Below the pieces are notes generated by a model. That model was given only the letters and a program-made list of their open reading frames with translations, did no database searches and was not told where the DNA came from. Source: a virus (Duplodnaviria; Heunggongvirae; Uroviricota; Caudoviricetes). Taken from it: 64,000 bases of DNA. Below, piece by piece: positions 62,484-64,000 of the stretch. The position numbers were made by a program, and so were the translations under genes. The DNA lies in the IMG/VR virus record IMGVR_UViG_3300010369_000001; one strand, given 5' to 3'. Positions within the stretch are counted from its first letter, which is position 1, and each line of letters starts with the position of its first letter.

Positions 62484-62676
62484 TTAAATCTTTCTCCAGC
62501 ATAACAATCCTTGCATCTAATTCACTACTAATCCTGGTTGACATATTCATAAAACCAGTTGACACTGTGCAAACTAATAGCACTACTCCGATGATCAAAA
62601 CACTATTACTAATGGTCATGACATTCAGCCACCATACCCGCTCCTTAAACCGATCCCACGTTTCATATTTACCCAT
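62368..62676 (-). CDS. Single-pass membrane protein with coiled coil
   Basis: VLIIGVVLLVCTV TM; ELDARIVMLEKDL. Confidence 0.65.
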   Translation of the reverse strand: MGKYETWDRFKERVWWLNVMTISNSVLIIGVVLLVCTVSTGFMNMSTRISSELDARIVMLEKDLNETKTRMEAGFAFTRRSGEPVIVLSGDPRMGEEPSGSP

Positions 62677-63565
62677 CTTTTTCTATTACCTCCGGATTTT
62701 GTATCACTTGAAACATTTCATCTATTGAATCACGCAAGGAATAAACTATTTTAGACGTACTATTTAAAGCAAACTCCCTGCGCACTAAATCTACATATAG
62801 TGTGTGACTTCCGTCGTCACCCTGATAGAAAGCATCCCACATAACTTCAGACAAAAGATCCTTAACTTTAAGCTGCGTTAAAGCCAAATTATCAAAGCTA
62901 CAGGCTTTGAAACTTGTCATTATTGCCGGGAGTAATTTCCACAGCCTGTGCTGTTCTTGCTCAATACTCTCAGAATAATGTTCTACGCCCCTACGGAATT
63001 TCTTGTAGCCCAGAATAAGAAGCTTTAATCCTTTATTTCGCAACTCCCAAATATCATCAACCTTAGTTGCTCCGTTAATAACATGAATTACTGCATTAGG
63101 AAATTTCTGTACCGCACCGATGAATGCTTCGCCAGGAGTCACAAGTGAAATACCTAGGCCGTAGATTAGCTTTTTAGCTACTAACTCCTCTATGAAAGGT
63201 AATTTGTTTATAAAATGATTTTGATTTACCGTTATATTAGCTATAACCTGTTTCTCTTGGAGTATCTCAAGAAATGGGACAAGATTAGGATGAGCTAACG
63301 GATTACCTCCACCAATAGCTATCTCAGTAAACGGCCTTAAAGTCTCAATGAATACAGCACCAGCTATATTAGCGTGCTTACCGTCAAGGCTAGAATTTTC
63401 ATGGCACCAAGGGCAATTCATTTCACAATAATCTGTGATCTTGCAATCTATACTTTCCGGAAATGCAGCTTTAAATTCCTCAGCGTCCGTTTCCTTTATC
63501 TTAGTACCATCTTCTGTGTTTATATGTACGGTATAGTTACCATTTTGATATGTATACCAGGTCAA
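62669..63565 (-). CDS. Radical SAM protein (paralogue of the rSAM domain of 56311-58140)
   Basis: DCKITDYCEMNCPWCHE, IGGGNP, NITVN, LGYK; TTG start behind GGAGG. Confidence 0.9.
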   Translation of the reverse strand: MTWYTYQNGNYTVHINTEDGTKIKETDAEEFKAAFPESIDCKITDYCEMNCPWCHENSSLDGKHANIAGAVFIETLRPFTEIAIGGGNPLAHPNLVPFLEILQEKQVIANITVNQNHFINKLPFIEELVAKKLIYGLGISLVTPGEAFIGAVQKFPNAVIHVINGATKVDDIWELRNKGLKLLILGYKKFRRGVEHYSESIEQEQHRLWKLLPAIMTSFKACSFDNLALTQLKVKDLLSEVMWDAFYQGDDGSHTLYVDLVRREFALNSTSKIVYSLRDSIDEMFQVIQNPEVIEKDG

Positions 63566-63611
63566 TTTTTAAACCTCCATTGATGTTTTCCTGCGGTTTT
63601 TCTATGTCCAT

Positions 63612-64000
63612 TTAGTGATTGTCATTATCCACCTTTACTACTGCTGTTTTACCCAGAATAAGTGTCTCAATAGTGCACCCCTCATCTTCCAAGAAGGCAG
63701 CTAGTGAATTATAACTTTCACACGATTGATGATCAATATAACCCGATATATCCAAATATCTTCCACCGCTACTATGTGATTTCCATTCAATATTAATTAA
63801 CTCAGTTGAAATACCTTTGTAACCAAACTTCTGTACGAACTCCTCAAGAGCTTTAAAGCCTTCAGTATTCCTGAAGTACTCCAATGGTGAGATATGATCC
63901 GGTATCTTCTCCTTTACAAGCTCTGTCATCGCCACCATAGTAAGTAGGTAAGCCAGCTTACTTAGTTGAGCGCGGAATTCTTCTGGCCCCCAACCGAACT
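63612..64000 (-). CDS. Hypothetical protein, 5' end beyond the window; resembles the 'NSSS' N-terminal domain family
   Basis: Frame is open to the window edge: FGWGPEEFRAQLSKLAYLLTMVAMTE...GYIDHQS; directly upstream of rSAM gene. Confidence 0.6.
   Translation of the reverse strand, partial: FGWGPEEFRAQLSKLAYLLTMVAMTELVKEKIPDHISPLEYFRNTEGFKALEEFVQKFGYKGISTELINIEWKSHSSGGRYLDISGYIDHQSCESYNSLAAFLEDEGCTIETLILGKTAVVKVDNDNH

Noticed and set aside
1178-63583. The many short plus-strand ORFs in the track (e.g. 1178, 5477, 5838, 21223, 27190, 33254, 41225, 49412, 55311)
   Set aside because: Nearly all lie antisense to well-supported minus-strand genes, or span terminator gaps, and have shadow-ORF composition; only 19098-19421 fills a real gap.
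1-64000. Stop-codon reassignment (common in some large phages)
   Set aside because: Long genes are uninterrupted under the standard code, and TAA, TGA and TAG all terminate coupled genes; no suppressor tRNA seen.

Overview
This window looks like a segment of a large (jumbo-type) bacteriophage genome read in the standard genetic code, with essentially every gene on the minus strand. No rRNA, CRISPR array or capsid/terminase gene is recognisable. It encodes a phage multi-subunit RNA polymerase of unusual architecture: beta is fused to the N-terminal half of beta' (24570-30386), and the C-terminal half of beta' is a separate gene about 10 kb downstream (11353-14454). Each polypeptide carries a LAGLIDADG intein, one sitting directly after the trigger-loop His. 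Other content: a coupled glycosyltransferase / carbamoyltransferase / PnuC / amidohydrolase operon plus further dispersed glycan enzymes; an array of promoter-gene-terminator cassettes sharing a non-sigma70 upstream motif; putative virion genes; a tubulin/FtsZ-family GTPase; a stand-alone RNAP alpha-CTD; two PEP-CTERM-like surface proteins; a degenerate response-regulator receiver; an RyR-domain protein; an RNA-repair cluster (two ligases, metallophosphoesterase, macrodomain); three radical SAM genes; six free-standing HNH / GIY-YIG / EndoVII nucleases; two intact tRNAs and one chimeric pseudo-tRNA; and three strongly base-paired non-coding segments (about 390, 160 and 140 nt) that I cannot assign to a known RNA family. 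A Planctomycetota-like host is an inference from host-like genes only. All protein family calls come from motif recognition by eye, not from database searches.
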